A DNA stretch of 64,000 nt from an uncultured virus (IMG/VR IMGVR_UViG_3300007512_002205) (Duplodnaviria; Heunggongvirae; Uroviricota; Caudoviricetes), in the IMG/VR virus record IMGVR_UViG_3300007512_002205, positions 1 through 64,000 of that record. The stretch is one strand, 5' to 3'. Of the stretch, positions 17,932 through 27,191 are shown piece after piece. Below the pieces are notes generated by a model. It did not search any database and had not been told where the DNA came from. It was given only the letters and a program-made list of their open reading frames with translations. Position 1 is the stretch's first letter, and every line of letters begins with the position of its first letter. A program made the translations under genes and the position numbers.

Positions 17932-18762
17932 GTTCCGAGTAATCGGCGCACCCCCTTCATTCAAATGTCCACATTTTTTGTTTTCACACTCAAATGAAAC
18001 AACCAGTTGAAAATCTGGCATTTGCCTATCATAAATTTTTCTGAGTTGCCTGGATTCAAAAATCGACATCGTTGTGATGAAGCTTGCAACGAGACTGAAC
18101 TCTGTTTTGCCGTCCACCGACACAATCATGCGGCGATATCTGGTTGTAACCTCTTCTTCGGGGAGTCCTTTCTGAACTCTGCGCCCAATGGAATCCTCAA
18201 TGGCTTTTTCGTCTTCCCCAGTTAAAAGCTTCATTTCAACACGGGCCTTTCTAAGTGGGGATTCAACAAAGAAAGTCCCTCTTTCTGTGTATTCTACACC
18301 ATCATCTTCAGGAAGCTTTTTCATGTGCTTTTCTGAACTTAGGTCCACCATTGCTGTCGCCTCTTTCCCGCACTTTGAACACTCAAGCGGGACTTCATAC
18401 TTATCACCATAAGCATTTTTTCTTGCATTAACAATTATGGCGTTTCGATCTCCCGTTAACAACGTTGATGGATCAATTCTTTTGTCGACAAAAAGACTGT
18501 GAATGAGGCGATCCATTGTCAAGCCTTGTTCTGATAGACTTGGACTCAAAAGAATGTCTTCTTCTCTTGTTGTCATATATTTGATTTCAACGTTTCCTTT
18601 TCGATGAAGAGGGTGTTCTTTTGGATAAAACATTCCTCTCGATGGAAGCTCAACAAAGTCTGTTGGGATTCGATATTGAGATGTGTCTTGTTGCATCTCT
18701 TTATTGATGTTATATTTTGGTTGTTCGACTGGTTTTTGAAACCGATCTTCGTTGTTTCTCAT
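17911..18762 (-). CDS. tail assembly chaperone / T4 gp26-like baseplate assembly protein
   Basis: VELPSRGMFYP, IKYMTTREEDIL, GDRNAI, CxxC, C-terminal FFWP. Confidence 0.75.
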   Translation of the reverse strand: MRNNEDRFQKPVEQPKYNINKEMQQDTSQYRIPTDFVELPSRGMFYPKEHPLHRKGNVEIKYMTTREEDILLSPSLSEQGLTMDRLIHSLFVDKRIDPSTLLTGDRNAIIVNARKNAYGDKYEVPLECSKCGKEATAMVDLSSEKHMKKLPEDDGVEYTERGTFFVESPLRKARVEMKLLTGEDEKAIEDSIGRRVQKGLPEEEVTTRYRRMIVSVDGKTEFSLVASFITTMSIFESRQLRKIYDRQMPDFQLVVSFECENKKCGHLNEGGAPITRNFFWPDN

Positions 18763-18773
18763 GTTTCCTCTTA

Positions 18774-19400
18774 TTAGAAGTTAATTGTGAAGCTGCCACC
18801 CTGACCAGAAACTCCTTTATAAAGGAATTCTGCCCAATCGTATGTTATTGTGGCACTAATTGTTGTCAAGGCATCTCCATCATACTTAAGCGCGCTTGGA
18901 GTAACGTCTGTGAACATGGGGTTGTGAAGTTTCCACGATTCATGAACACTTCCGTCTTCACTTAGCGATTCAATTATCACAACACCGGCTGCCAATGTTA
19001 AGTTTTCTTTGGAAAGAAAACGTTCTTCTGTTGATTCTGCATTGTGTGGTTGTGTATACCCGATGTCAAACAACTTGCTCATCATATTTGACATAACAGA
19101 GCCAAAAGCTGCTGGGGTGTAGATTTCATGCATTGTGACTTTTACAGGATTCCAAACCACGCTCTTTGGGAACCTTAATGTGTGTCCCAAAAGGACCTCT
19201 TCTTGAACATCAATTTTATAACTTGGGCGATCGGCGCTTGTCATAAACGCCGCTGGTATTCCGTCCAATCTCAAAAGAAAACGATGCTCTTGTTGAGCAT
19301 CCATGAACATATCCCTTGAAAACAAGGGGGCTTGTTTAATTTCTTTTCTTTTTAAAAGTCTTGAAACAATTGAGGGTGGTTCAAATCCAAATATTGGCAT
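18774..19400 (-). CDS. tail tube protein paralog (gp19-like)
   Basis: RFLL..DGIP, RP, WNPV, E.WKLHN......L.Y.....I..TITYDWA. Confidence 0.75.
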   Translation of the reverse strand: MPIFGFEPPSIVSRLLKRKEIKQAPLFSRDMFMDAQQEHRFLLRLDGIPAAFMTSADRPSYKIDVQEEVLLGHTLRFPKSVVWNPVKVTMHEIYTPAAFGSVMSNMMSKLFDIGYTQPHNAESTEERFLSKENLTLAAGVVIIESLSEDGSVHESWKLHNPMFTDVTPSALKYDGDALTTISATITYDWAEFLYKGVSGQGGSFTINF

Positions 19401-19407
19401 CTCTTAT

Positions 19408-19929
19408 TTATACAATGTCTGCCCAGTCATACGAAAGCACCAATGTAAGATTAAGAAGTGTTTCGTCTGTGTAGCTTGCCTCGTCAAAATCAATGTCCTT
19501 GACCCATGCATTGTGAAGTTTCCATGTTTCAACAGTGATTCCTTCCGAATCAATTGTCTCAATCGTAACAAGACCAAGGCTGTTCACAGCGCTTCTCTTC
19601 GAAAGAGTCTTTCGAAGATAGTTTTCATCTGAAGCGTTGGGGCTGAAATCTCCTGGCAAAACATAACCCGCTCCACGAACAACATCGAGCAACCTCTTTG
19701 AGGCATCAAGATCAACAAGATCGACAAGTTTGATTGTGATGTCGTTCCATGTAACCTGTCCTGGGAATTTAAAAGTGTGAACAAGGAATTTGTGATTCGC
19801 TGCATCTGATATCGTCATTTTTGGTCTGTTCGTCGATACAATCACAGCGACTGGGATATCAGCCAATCTCAAAATAAATTCATATTTACGCTTAGGCTCT
19901 GCTTGTGGCGACCAAATTGGTGTAGGCAT
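19408..19929 (-). CDS. tail tube protein (gp19-like)
   Basis: EPKRKYEF, FPGQVTWNDI, ETWKLHNAW, LSYDWA; directly after sheath. Confidence 0.85.
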   Translation of the reverse strand: MPTPIWSPQAEPKRKYEFILRLADIPVAVIVSTNRPKMTISDAANHKFLVHTFKFPGQVTWNDITIKLVDLVDLDASKRLLDVVRGAGYVLPGDFSPNASDENYLRKTLSKRSAVNSLGLVTIETIDSEGITVETWKLHNAWVKDIDFDEASYTDETLLNLTLVLSYDWADIV

Positions 19930-19947
19930 CTATTGTACTCTCCTTGT

Positions 19948-19957
19948 TATAACTAGA
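19948..19957 (-). promoter_or_regulatory. putative late promoter (TCTAGTTATA) of tail tube
   Basis: Motif 18 nt upstream of ATG. Confidence 0.6.
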
Positions 19958-19958
19958 C

Positions 19959-22900
19959 TCAATCTGAGAAACTAGCTCCTGTGTTGGTGATAAAGAAATC
20001 AATTGCGATAAATTCAATCGCCCGCGCCGGCTTCAAGAAAACCTTCGCATACATGATATTCTGATCGATCAAATCAGGTGTCGTTGTCGATTCATCCAAA
20101 ATGAGTCGATAATCTGTCAAACCAAATCTTGCTTTGACATCTGCCAAGAACGGTTCGGCCTGACTTGTGAACCTATTCCATGTATCCTGGACGTTTTGGT
20201 CAAACAAAACCGTATTTGCAATTCGTGTAATCCCTCTCTTCAAGAAAATAAGGAGTCTTCGAACGTTAATGCGATCAAGCGCACTTGCTTGTGCTGCCAA
20301 AGTCTTCTGACCAAAGATTACAACACCCTCGTTCGGGAATGAGGCAATCGGGTTAAGATTAACCGCGTAAAGGTCATCACGATCATCAGCAAACAACTTC
20401 AGGGCGACATTGTTCACAGGCAAGCCTGCAACACCGCTTGACAAACCACCACGATTGAAGCCTGCTGGCGCAAACCATGGAGCCTGAACTCTATCTGTAT
20501 AGGCCATTGCACCAATTGCGGCAATTGATGGTGGCATCCAGATATTTTTGTTGCTCACAGAGTCGCGGACCTGAACCCATGGGTAGTAGGCCGCACCATA
20601 ACTTGAGTTATATTTGTTGTCTCTGTGGTCCAACTGTGCATCGGAAACATCACCCATAGACAAAGCCAATGAGCTGTCATACAGATACTCATGCGGTGGG
20701 ATATATCCCTTGTCGACATCAATAATCGCCAAAGCGTCTGCACGCTCTTCTGTGTTTGTTATGAGAGACTTGTTCAAGCTCACATTTGTCAAACCCGGAA
20801 TGGCAACAATGTTGTACTCTGCAACTTCAGGATTCTTCACGGCATCAATCGCTCTTCGCAGAGTGAAGTACTGCTGGTCATTAAGCAGTGTTGGTGAAGA
20901 ATTAAACCCTTGGTTGCTCAGTGGATCTGAATCTTTGATGTCGAATCCGTCTGTTCCGCCATAGAATGGTGAAATAAGGTTTCCAAGTCCAAGAACCAAC
21001 GGCGCTTTATATGAAGCCTGAACGTTGCTTCTGTCTGGGAAATCGCTTGGCAGTGTTCCCGTTGCAGTGATTGAGAACCCAATATTTCTTGAAGCGGTTG
21101 AATAAACAATTGTTCCAAGGCCCTTTGAGCCGCTCTCGTAATCAAGATCGAGGATATTATCTGCACCTGCATACGCAAGGTTGTCAAGGGAGACAATCCA
21201 CTGATACTTTGTGTAATTATCGGGGTCGTGATTCGAAATCCCATTTGGCTTCGCACGCAAAAGATCTCTTACGTCTTCCTTAAACGTGTTTGTTCCATCA
21301 GGCGTCGGCTGAACTCCCCAGTGTGCAATCTTCGGAGTGCTCAACGTCGATGTTGTTGAACGAATTGGCGCTTCAGGGAATACGATTCTCAACGGCGGAA
21401 TGTAAGAAGCTCCTGTGATAACAGTTACAGCGTTGCTCGCAGCAATGTCTGTTCCAAGTTCAACCATTCGTCTTCCTGCATTTGCATTTTCAGAGTCTTG
21501 GAACGATCTTGCATCAAACTCGCCATTATTACGGACATAAACGTCCTTATATTTTGTAGGACCTGTGAAACCAAACGGAACATGTGTCGGATCAAAACCC
21601 GCTTCGTATTCAGGGTTCACCTCAACACGAACATACTTTGAACGATTCTGGTATGAACCATATTCAATTGTACGCTTTCTCACAGAGTCCCAATCAGTGT
21701 ACTTGTCACCAATCTTATTGAGAATGAAGTTTTCAGAGTTCCTATTGAGATTGCACTGCGTGAACTTCTCAACGATTTTTTGATTATCATCGGTATCTTC
21801 CAGTTTTCTCACGACAACATCAAATGTACCATAAGGATCAACATCCTCATTCTTTGAAAACTGGATGTTTGTCACGGCAATCTTAAGGTTGTTCTGTATC
21901 CACTCACCAGTGTCAAGCCCGACAAATCTGAACAGTTTCTTTGCAGTACCATCTGCAAAGAATGAACCTGTTGTCGAATTGAAACTTGAGGCATCTGTGC
22001 TTAAATGCTGTGTGAAGAACCAGCCCGTCTTCGGAAGAGAGTTGCTTTGCAACGCTCTTCTCTGATTGACACTGTGATTCAACGCATTTAAAGCGTTTGC
22101 CAAGCCAAGGACAACACCAACTTGCGTTCCTGTTTCTTGACCTGTCGACGCTGTGAAGTAATTTGCGTCATTGTATGTGTTTTCAAATGTCTCACCAAGG
22201 AAATACTTAACAAGACCACTATCAGAGTCTTTTCGATTAAGAAGTGTTGGGTCTGTGTTAAACACCTTGCGGATAAAGTTTCCTTTGTCTTTATTTAGAC
22301 TGAATTTCAGCTTGGTATCTTCAATCTCAGGATTGTAAGGAAGATCTGACGAACCTGAGAACTGCATTGTGAAGTTACCATTTGTATCACTTACAATAAA
22401 ATGGCTTGTTCCCGCACCAACCTTATTCTGTGTTCCGGCAGATGCTGTTCCATATAATGAACCTGACAAGATCGGAGCGCCTTCACTCATATACCAAACG
22501 GCTGCAAGTGAGCCTGAAAGTGCGGCAGCCTGGCCGGCACTCGATGATGGGAACACAAAGAGGCCATAAGCTCCACCAGTATTACCCTGGCCGTCGATTG
22601 CACCAGTTTTCCAACCTGCTTTTCCTGCGTCGGTTGTTGCTTTGCTGTCTGCATCACCAAGAACTCTCATGTATGAACAGACTTCACCATTTTTCAACCA
22701 TGCCTGAACAGCATACGGGCCATACATTGGGGAAGTAAAGTTTCCATCACGCCATACATCGTTATTTTCGCCACCAGCAACGGGTTCACCAAAGATCTCA
22801 ACAAACTCGGAAAACGAGCTTATCTTGACTGGCTTAAAAGCTGGTCCTCTGCGGGCACGACCAATAATTAGTGGACCAACGGCTTCCGGCCTTGCCGGGA

Positions 22901-22973
22901 TTTGTGACCGATCGATCTCAAGAATCTTGATACCTGGGGATATAAATTTAAAGTTCTTTGCTGATTCTGCCAT
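19959..22973 (-). CDS. tail sheath protein (gp18-like)
   Basis: FISPG...EID.S, GPAF.P, YYPWV, PWFAPAGFNRG, FGQKTL, LDRINVRRLL, PARAIEFI. Confidence 0.95.
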   Translation of the reverse strand: MAESAKNFKFISPGIKILEIDRSQIPARPEAVGPLIIGRARRGPAFKPVKISSFSEFVEIFGEPVAGGENNDVWRDGNFTSPMYGPYAVQAWLKNGEVCSYMRVLGDADSKATTDAGKAGWKTGAIDGQGNTGGAYGLFVFPSSSAGQAAALSGSLAAVWYMSEGAPILSGSLYGTASAGTQNKVGAGTSHFIVSDTNGNFTMQFSGSSDLPYNPEIEDTKLKFSLNKDKGNFIRKVFNTDPTLLNRKDSDSGLVKYFLGETFENTYNDANYFTASTGQETGTQVGVVLGLANALNALNHSVNQRRALQSNSLPKTGWFFTQHLSTDASSFNSTTGSFFADGTAKKLFRFVGLDTGEWIQNNLKIAVTNIQFSKNEDVDPYGTFDVVVRKLEDTDDNQKIVEKFTQCNLNRNSENFILNKIGDKYTDWDSVRKRTIEYGSYQNRSKYVRVEVNPEYEAGFDPTHVPFGFTGPTKYKDVYVRNNGEFDARSFQDSENANAGRRMVELGTDIAASNAVTVITGASYIPPLRIVFPEAPIRSTTSTLSTPKIAHWGVQPTPDGTNTFKEDVRDLLRAKPNGISNHDPDNYTKYQWIVSLDNLAYAGADNILDLDYESGSKGLGTIVYSTASRNIGFSITATGTLPSDFPDRSNVQASYKAPLVLGLGNLISPFYGGTDGFDIKDSDPLSNQGFNSSPTLLNDQQYFTLRRAIDAVKNPEVAEYNIVAIPGLTNVSLNKSLITNTEERADALAIIDVDKGYIPPHEYLYDSSLALSMGDVSDAQLDHRDNKYNSSYGAAYYPWVQVRDSVSNKNIWMPPSIAAIGAMAYTDRVQAPWFAPAGFNRGGLSSGVAGLPVNNVALKLFADDRDDLYAVNLNPIASFPNEGVVIFGQKTLAAQASALDRINVRRLLIFLKRGITRIANTVLFDQNVQDTWNRFTSQAEPFLADVKARFGLTDYRLILDESTTTPDLIDQNIMYAKVFLKPARAIEFIAIDFFITNTGASFSD

Positions 22974-23006
22974 TCTATTTTGCTCCCAAGAATAGGTGTT
23001 TACTAT

Positions 23007-23016
23007 GATAAATAGT
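23007..23016 (-). promoter_or_regulatory. putative late promoter (ACTATTTATC) of sheath
   Basis: Motif in intergenic gap upstream of sheath. Confidence 0.65.
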
Positions 23017-23035
23017 TTGCAAATTACCTAAAGTC

Positions 23036-23866
23036 TTATGACCGGAACGGTTCATCGTTTGAATTCAGGATATTTTCATCCCCGACAATAACTCGCTCTC
23101 TTTGAAAACGAAGTTGCACAGTGTTTTCTCTTATAACAACGTTTGGTTTAACTTGGTTTTCGCCATCACTTGAAACGAAACCAAGTACTTTTACTGTAAT
23201 GTCGGAACTATATTTCTTTTCTGCTTCACCAAGAGAAGCTGCGTTCACCTCAAGAGAAGAGCTTGGTTCAATAAACGCTTCATAACGAAAACCATCATGT
23301 TTTATAATGATTCTGTTGATTCCACCTGTCACTGTGTGAAATGGAGTTAAAAGCTCGTTAAGCTGTTGGAGGTATTCTGTCCTCAACTTAATCTTATACG
23401 TCATGTCGAGATAAACAGGGTACGGAATTGAAACATGTTGATAAACGATCTTATTGTTTTTATAAGGGAAATTATATTGTCCATGAACACGTCTTGCATC
23501 AGCATTCGCGAAGTTTCTCGTCTTAACCTGATTGATTCTTTTTGCGAATGTTATCGCACCACCCCTAAAATCATTAACCGGCCTCACGTTTGCAGGTATT
23601 GGTCTTTTATCCGCGCTTGTTTTGTCCACTATTGTTCTCTCAACAGTGATGACCGGCAACACAATTGAATCTGCGCGAATTTCACGAAGCTCTTGGTTCA
23701 TTTTGACGTGAAACGCTCTCTCTGCTGAAATCCAAAGAACGGGTGTTTCCTTAAAACCTTTGTTTGTCGTGGTCCCAAGCTTGAGTTCTTTCGTCAACCA
23801 ATTAAACAAAGCGGAATCAACCGTTTCAATGGTCGAGGGTCTTGTGTTTATAATTCTTCTCGTCAT
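23036..23866 (-). CDS. tail completion/terminator protein (gp15-like)
   Basis: LPVITVER, PVYLDMTY.I.......QLNEL; lies between neck and sheath. Confidence 0.65.
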   Translation of the reverse strand: MTRRIINTRPSTIETVDSALFNWLTKELKLGTTTNKGFKETPVLWISAERAFHVKMNQELREIRADSIVLPVITVERTIVDKTSADKRPIPANVRPVNDFRGGAITFAKRINQVKTRNFANADARRVHGQYNFPYKNNKIVYQHVSIPYPVYLDMTYKIKLRTEYLQQLNELLTPFHTVTGGINRIIIKHDGFRYEAFIEPSSSLEVNAASLGEAEKKYSSDITVKVLGFVSSDGENQVKPNVVIRENTVQLRFQRERVIVGDENILNSNDEPFRS

Positions 23867-23872
23867 ACTTCA

Positions 23873-24355
23873 TTATCCCGCATTAAACTTGCCATCCCGC
23901 GCTCTGATGCACTTCGCTGAAATTTCAAATCTTTGTGTTGGCTTTCCAAATAGCTGCTTTGGTTCACTTAAAGTAACGATTTCATAATATATCTCGCCAT
24001 ACTGAACAAAGTCTCCTTCCCGAACAAACAGGTTTTGATCTTCTGTTAGGCGTCTTTTGTGAAAATGGACGGTTATTGAAGATTTTTTATCCACACCGAT
24101 TTCTGCTGTTTCCGTTCCATATTCATCCAGTGAAACAAGGGCGTAAACTCTGATAGGGCTGAGGTATGTCTTTTCAATCGCCTCCCCATAAACAGGGTGG
24201 TAGTTTGTCTTTTCAATACTTAATGGAAAATATAAAACTGTCTGCCCAACGACTCCTTCAATCACCTCATCGTTAACTTGTTTAACATAGTCAACCTCTT
24301 GTTTGTTTATAAACAAGGATGGTGGCGGATGATCCGGTGTTTTAAAAGTTCCCAT
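23873..24355 (-). CDS. neck/head-closure protein (gp14-like)
   Basis: GQTVLYF, HPVYGEA..K, EGDFV.YG..YYEI. Confidence 0.7.
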   Translation of the reverse strand: MGTFKTPDHPPPSLFINKQEVDYVKQVNDEVIEGVVGQTVLYFPLSIEKTNYHPVYGEAIEKTYLSPIRVYALVSLDEYGTETAEIGVDKKSSITVHFHKRRLTEDQNLFVREGDFVQYGEIYYEIVTLSEPKQLFGKPTQRFEISAKCIRARDGKFNAG

Positions 24356-24358
24356 CTG

Positions 24359-25606
24359 TTACCCCACAAAGATTGGCAGTGGCGCTGCTCTTAAGGCATC
24401 CTTTGTTTTGTCTGCCATATCAGCATTCGTTTCTGTTATCTTGCTGTACGTCAGTTCATCAAGGATTTCTTTGAGTTCGTCTCTCAAAGCTTTTTGTTCT
24501 TCTTTGGCACTCGATATAAGTTCCGCACCGTTTTGAGTAACCGAATCTCCTGGGATGGGGATCGTCCCGAAACGACTTCGAACAAGGCCAAGCGTCTCTT
24601 TAACAAGTGCAAGAGTATATCTTCGAACCCACTGCTTCCCAATAGCGTTGATATTGTTATATGGAATATTTGCAAATGGCAACGTGTTCATGTTGTTTAC
24701 GCCACGACCGCCTCTTTGGCGATCATCCTCTTCAACCCACGCATCCTGCGGAATATAAAACCTTAAAAAGAATTTGTCCGGTGAGTGTGTTCCCGGTGTT
24801 GGGAACAATCTCAACCTGTTGTTCACAATATCATATGAATAATGTGAAATTCTTGTATACAAACTGTCTTCGTAAGCCATGGCTTGCAGTTTGTTCTGCC
24901 AAGCAGGCACAACCTCATATGAAGATTCATCACTATACTGACCATAGTCATGAAGGTTTCCAATAACGTTCAGTGCTCCATAGTATGCAAAGAACCTCCA
25001 CATGGATCTTGGTGTCCGATAATACATGTCACGAATAACAATCTTTTTATTCCCAATATCAAGATTTTTATTCGAACTTGAAATAAGAGTCTGAAGGTCA
25101 TAATCTTGTTGGCTCGCTGTCGGTGAAAATGATGCTGAATAATAGCGAACTTCGCCTCCAACAGAAGCCTCTTTACCAAGACCCTTGCCAACACGCATTG
25201 GTTGTGGCATTTCAAATCTTGGATAGCGAAGCTCAACACTTGCTGAAACGAGGCTTTCCGTGCTTATGACTTGTCCTCGGTGATCAAAGCTTGCTGTTGT
25301 GTTTCCAAGCATCACAGGTAAAGCGTTCTTTGATTGGTGAACGTTGATTATGTATGAGTATTCAAGAACGGCCTCTTCATATGCGGCATAAACATTTTCA
25401 TTCTTGATTTCGATACCAAGGCTATCGCCTCCAAGTTTCTTGTATGTGTATGCAACCTGCTCTGCTGCACCGCTTAAAAAATAATTGTTCCCCGAATAAA
25501 CTGAAAACGGAAATGAAAAGTTTCCTGCTTGCGCTGGTGTTGCAGACGCCGATAGCAATATCGCTGATGTTTTGCTTGTTGGGTCCAGGCTTGTCAAACA
25601 ACTCAT
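24359..25606 (-). CDS. neck/adaptor protein (gp13-like)
   Basis: KLGG...IE, EEAVLEY, WVRRYTLALVKETLG.VR.RF..IPIPG..V..NG. Confidence 0.8.
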   Translation of the reverse strand: MSCLTSLDPTSKTSAILLSASATPAQAGNFSFPFSVYSGNNYFLSGAAEQVAYTYKKLGGDSLGIEIKNENVYAAYEEAVLEYSYIINVHQSKNALPVMLGNTTASFDHRGQVISTESLVSASVELRYPRFEMPQPMRVGKGLGKEASVGGEVRYYSASFSPTASQQDYDLQTLISSSNKNLDIGNKKIVIRDMYYRTPRSMWRFFAYYGALNVIGNLHDYGQYSDESSYEVVPAWQNKLQAMAYEDSLYTRISHYSYDIVNNRLRLFPTPGTHSPDKFFLRFYIPQDAWVEEDDRQRGGRGVNNMNTLPFANIPYNNINAIGKQWVRRYTLALVKETLGLVRSRFGTIPIPGDSVTQNGAELISSAKEEQKALRDELKEILDELTYSKITETNADMADKTKDALRAAPLPIFVG

Positions 25607-25631
25607 TTATGGTATACCCTCTCTTTGCTAA

Positions 25632-25641
25632 AATAAATAGT
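25632..25641 (-). promoter_or_regulatory. putative late promoter (ACTATTTATT) of neck genes
   Basis: Motif 25 nt upstream of ATG 25606. Confidence 0.65.
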
Positions 25642-25648
25642 TGTGAGA

Positions 25649-27113
25649 TTACCCTTTGAACAGAGTTATGACAATACCTCTTCTTTTGGCTGACTCTTGA
25701 AGTTGGGGATCATCTATGGTTCTACCGTTGGCGATTCCTTTTAGTCGTATCAAATAACGATTTTTTGGCATAGGCGCACCCCATAACCACCATTCCTTAG
25801 TGCCGTCTGCATATGCAACGGCTGGGCCGTCTTCACGGTGAAGTTTGTCGTTTATATACCATCGCTTTTCGCCGTCTGCATATTCACAAGCTGGGCCGTC
25901 TTCACGGTGTAAAGCATTGTTTTTAAAAAACTCTATATCACCGCGATAATGATCGCGTCTGATGTAAACATCTCCATCTTCTTCTACCCTCGCCACCTGT
26001 TCATAACTGCTTATAGGGTGTTCATTTATGTAATACTCGCCGAAATCTTCAAACAATTCACTTTTTTTAAAAAAATCATTCAATATCACATGATCATCTG
26101 TGTCTCTATAGTTCCCACCAACGAGTTCAAGAGCATTGTCGTTTGGAAGCCTTTCTTTGAACAAAGATTGTTGGTTTTGCCACGCCCATTTCGTCACCTC
26201 TTCTAAGAAATTGGGATATGCCCTTGGATACGTCCTCTTTTCTGGGGCTATAAAGCTTATGTTTTCATCCACATCCCTGAATACTCTCAAGCGAATCCTC
26301 GCAATAGGTGAAATCCCTTCAATCCCACGATCGCGATCTTTAAAAATTTCGTTTGAATCAAGATCAATTTTTTCAAAATCATCAGAGCTTACAAGATAAG
26401 CCAAAACTCCTTGTGCAGCAGCTTCATCCATTGCACAAATAAAATAATTACCTTGTGGCCCATGACAGCTACCAATGCTTGCTTCTGGATGGTCTGACAT
26501 TCTCATAACGTCAACCGGGTGTCTTGAAAAGATTATTGCATGTGTTGTGCTGCCCAGGTCTTTTGCGCCTGCCATAACTTTTTGTGAAATCTTGTTCCAG
26601 TGATCGAGATACAGCTTAATAGTCGACGAATCATGCATATCGGCAATTTGATGAGCGCCAAACACGGCATTAACAACAACTTCTTCATTCTTTCGATAGA
26701 CATCGTATAAAGCTTTTGACCCTTCTACATGTTTTCTGTCTTCTTCGGCAGAATAAAAAGTTTGGCGTAAGTATTGTGCATATTCACTATAAGAGTCTTC
26801 TAGGCGCTTCATAAGCCTGACCAGCTTATTGAGATATTTGCCAATTTTAAGTACCTTCTTTTGTTGACCGCCTTTTTTTGTTTGAACCGTTTTTTGAGAT
26901 CTTACCACTTTTAAGGTCTACATCAAACCCGATAAACTCAAGAAGATTAACCATACGACGGATTCTTACGTCTTCACCTTTGAATGGTATGGCAACACGC
27001 CACTTTCCATTGAAAGCTTTTTCGTAATTTCGCTCTTTGATCCCCAATTCAAGAAACTTTTGAGCTTTCTTATATTCTTTTTCTTCAATTTCAACGATAA
27101 CTTTTGGCATCAT
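25649..27113 (-). CDS. hypothetical protein with C-terminal LHREDGPA repeats, split by a +1 frame break (ORFs 26847-27113 and 25649-26908)
   Basis: Two overlapping ORFs join naturally at A-runs near 26873-26895; central SRHPVDVMRMSD...SCH motif. Confidence 0.55.
25802..25909. repeat. 69-bp-period direct repeat encoding LHREDGPA..YADG units
   Basis: gccgtctgcatat...gctgggccgtcttcacggtg occurs at 25802 and 25871. Confidence 0.8.
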
Positions 27114-27130
27114 AGTAACTAGAATATCAT

Positions 27131-27171
27131 AAAAGGAAACGACCTTGGCGAACCAAGGTCGTTTCTTTTTT
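27131..27171 (-). terminator. intrinsic terminator after major capsid gene (likely bidirectional)
   Basis: 13-bp stem GAAACGACCTTGG-TTCG-CCAAGGTCGTTTC with T-tracts on both strands. Confidence 0.88.
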
Positions 27172-27191
27172 AGCTTATGCTAAGTCTTGGC

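Noticed and set aside
25802..25909. Possible DGR template/variable repeat pair
   Set aside because: Adjacent in-frame coding repeats, differences not restricted to adenines, and no reverse transcriptase in the window.
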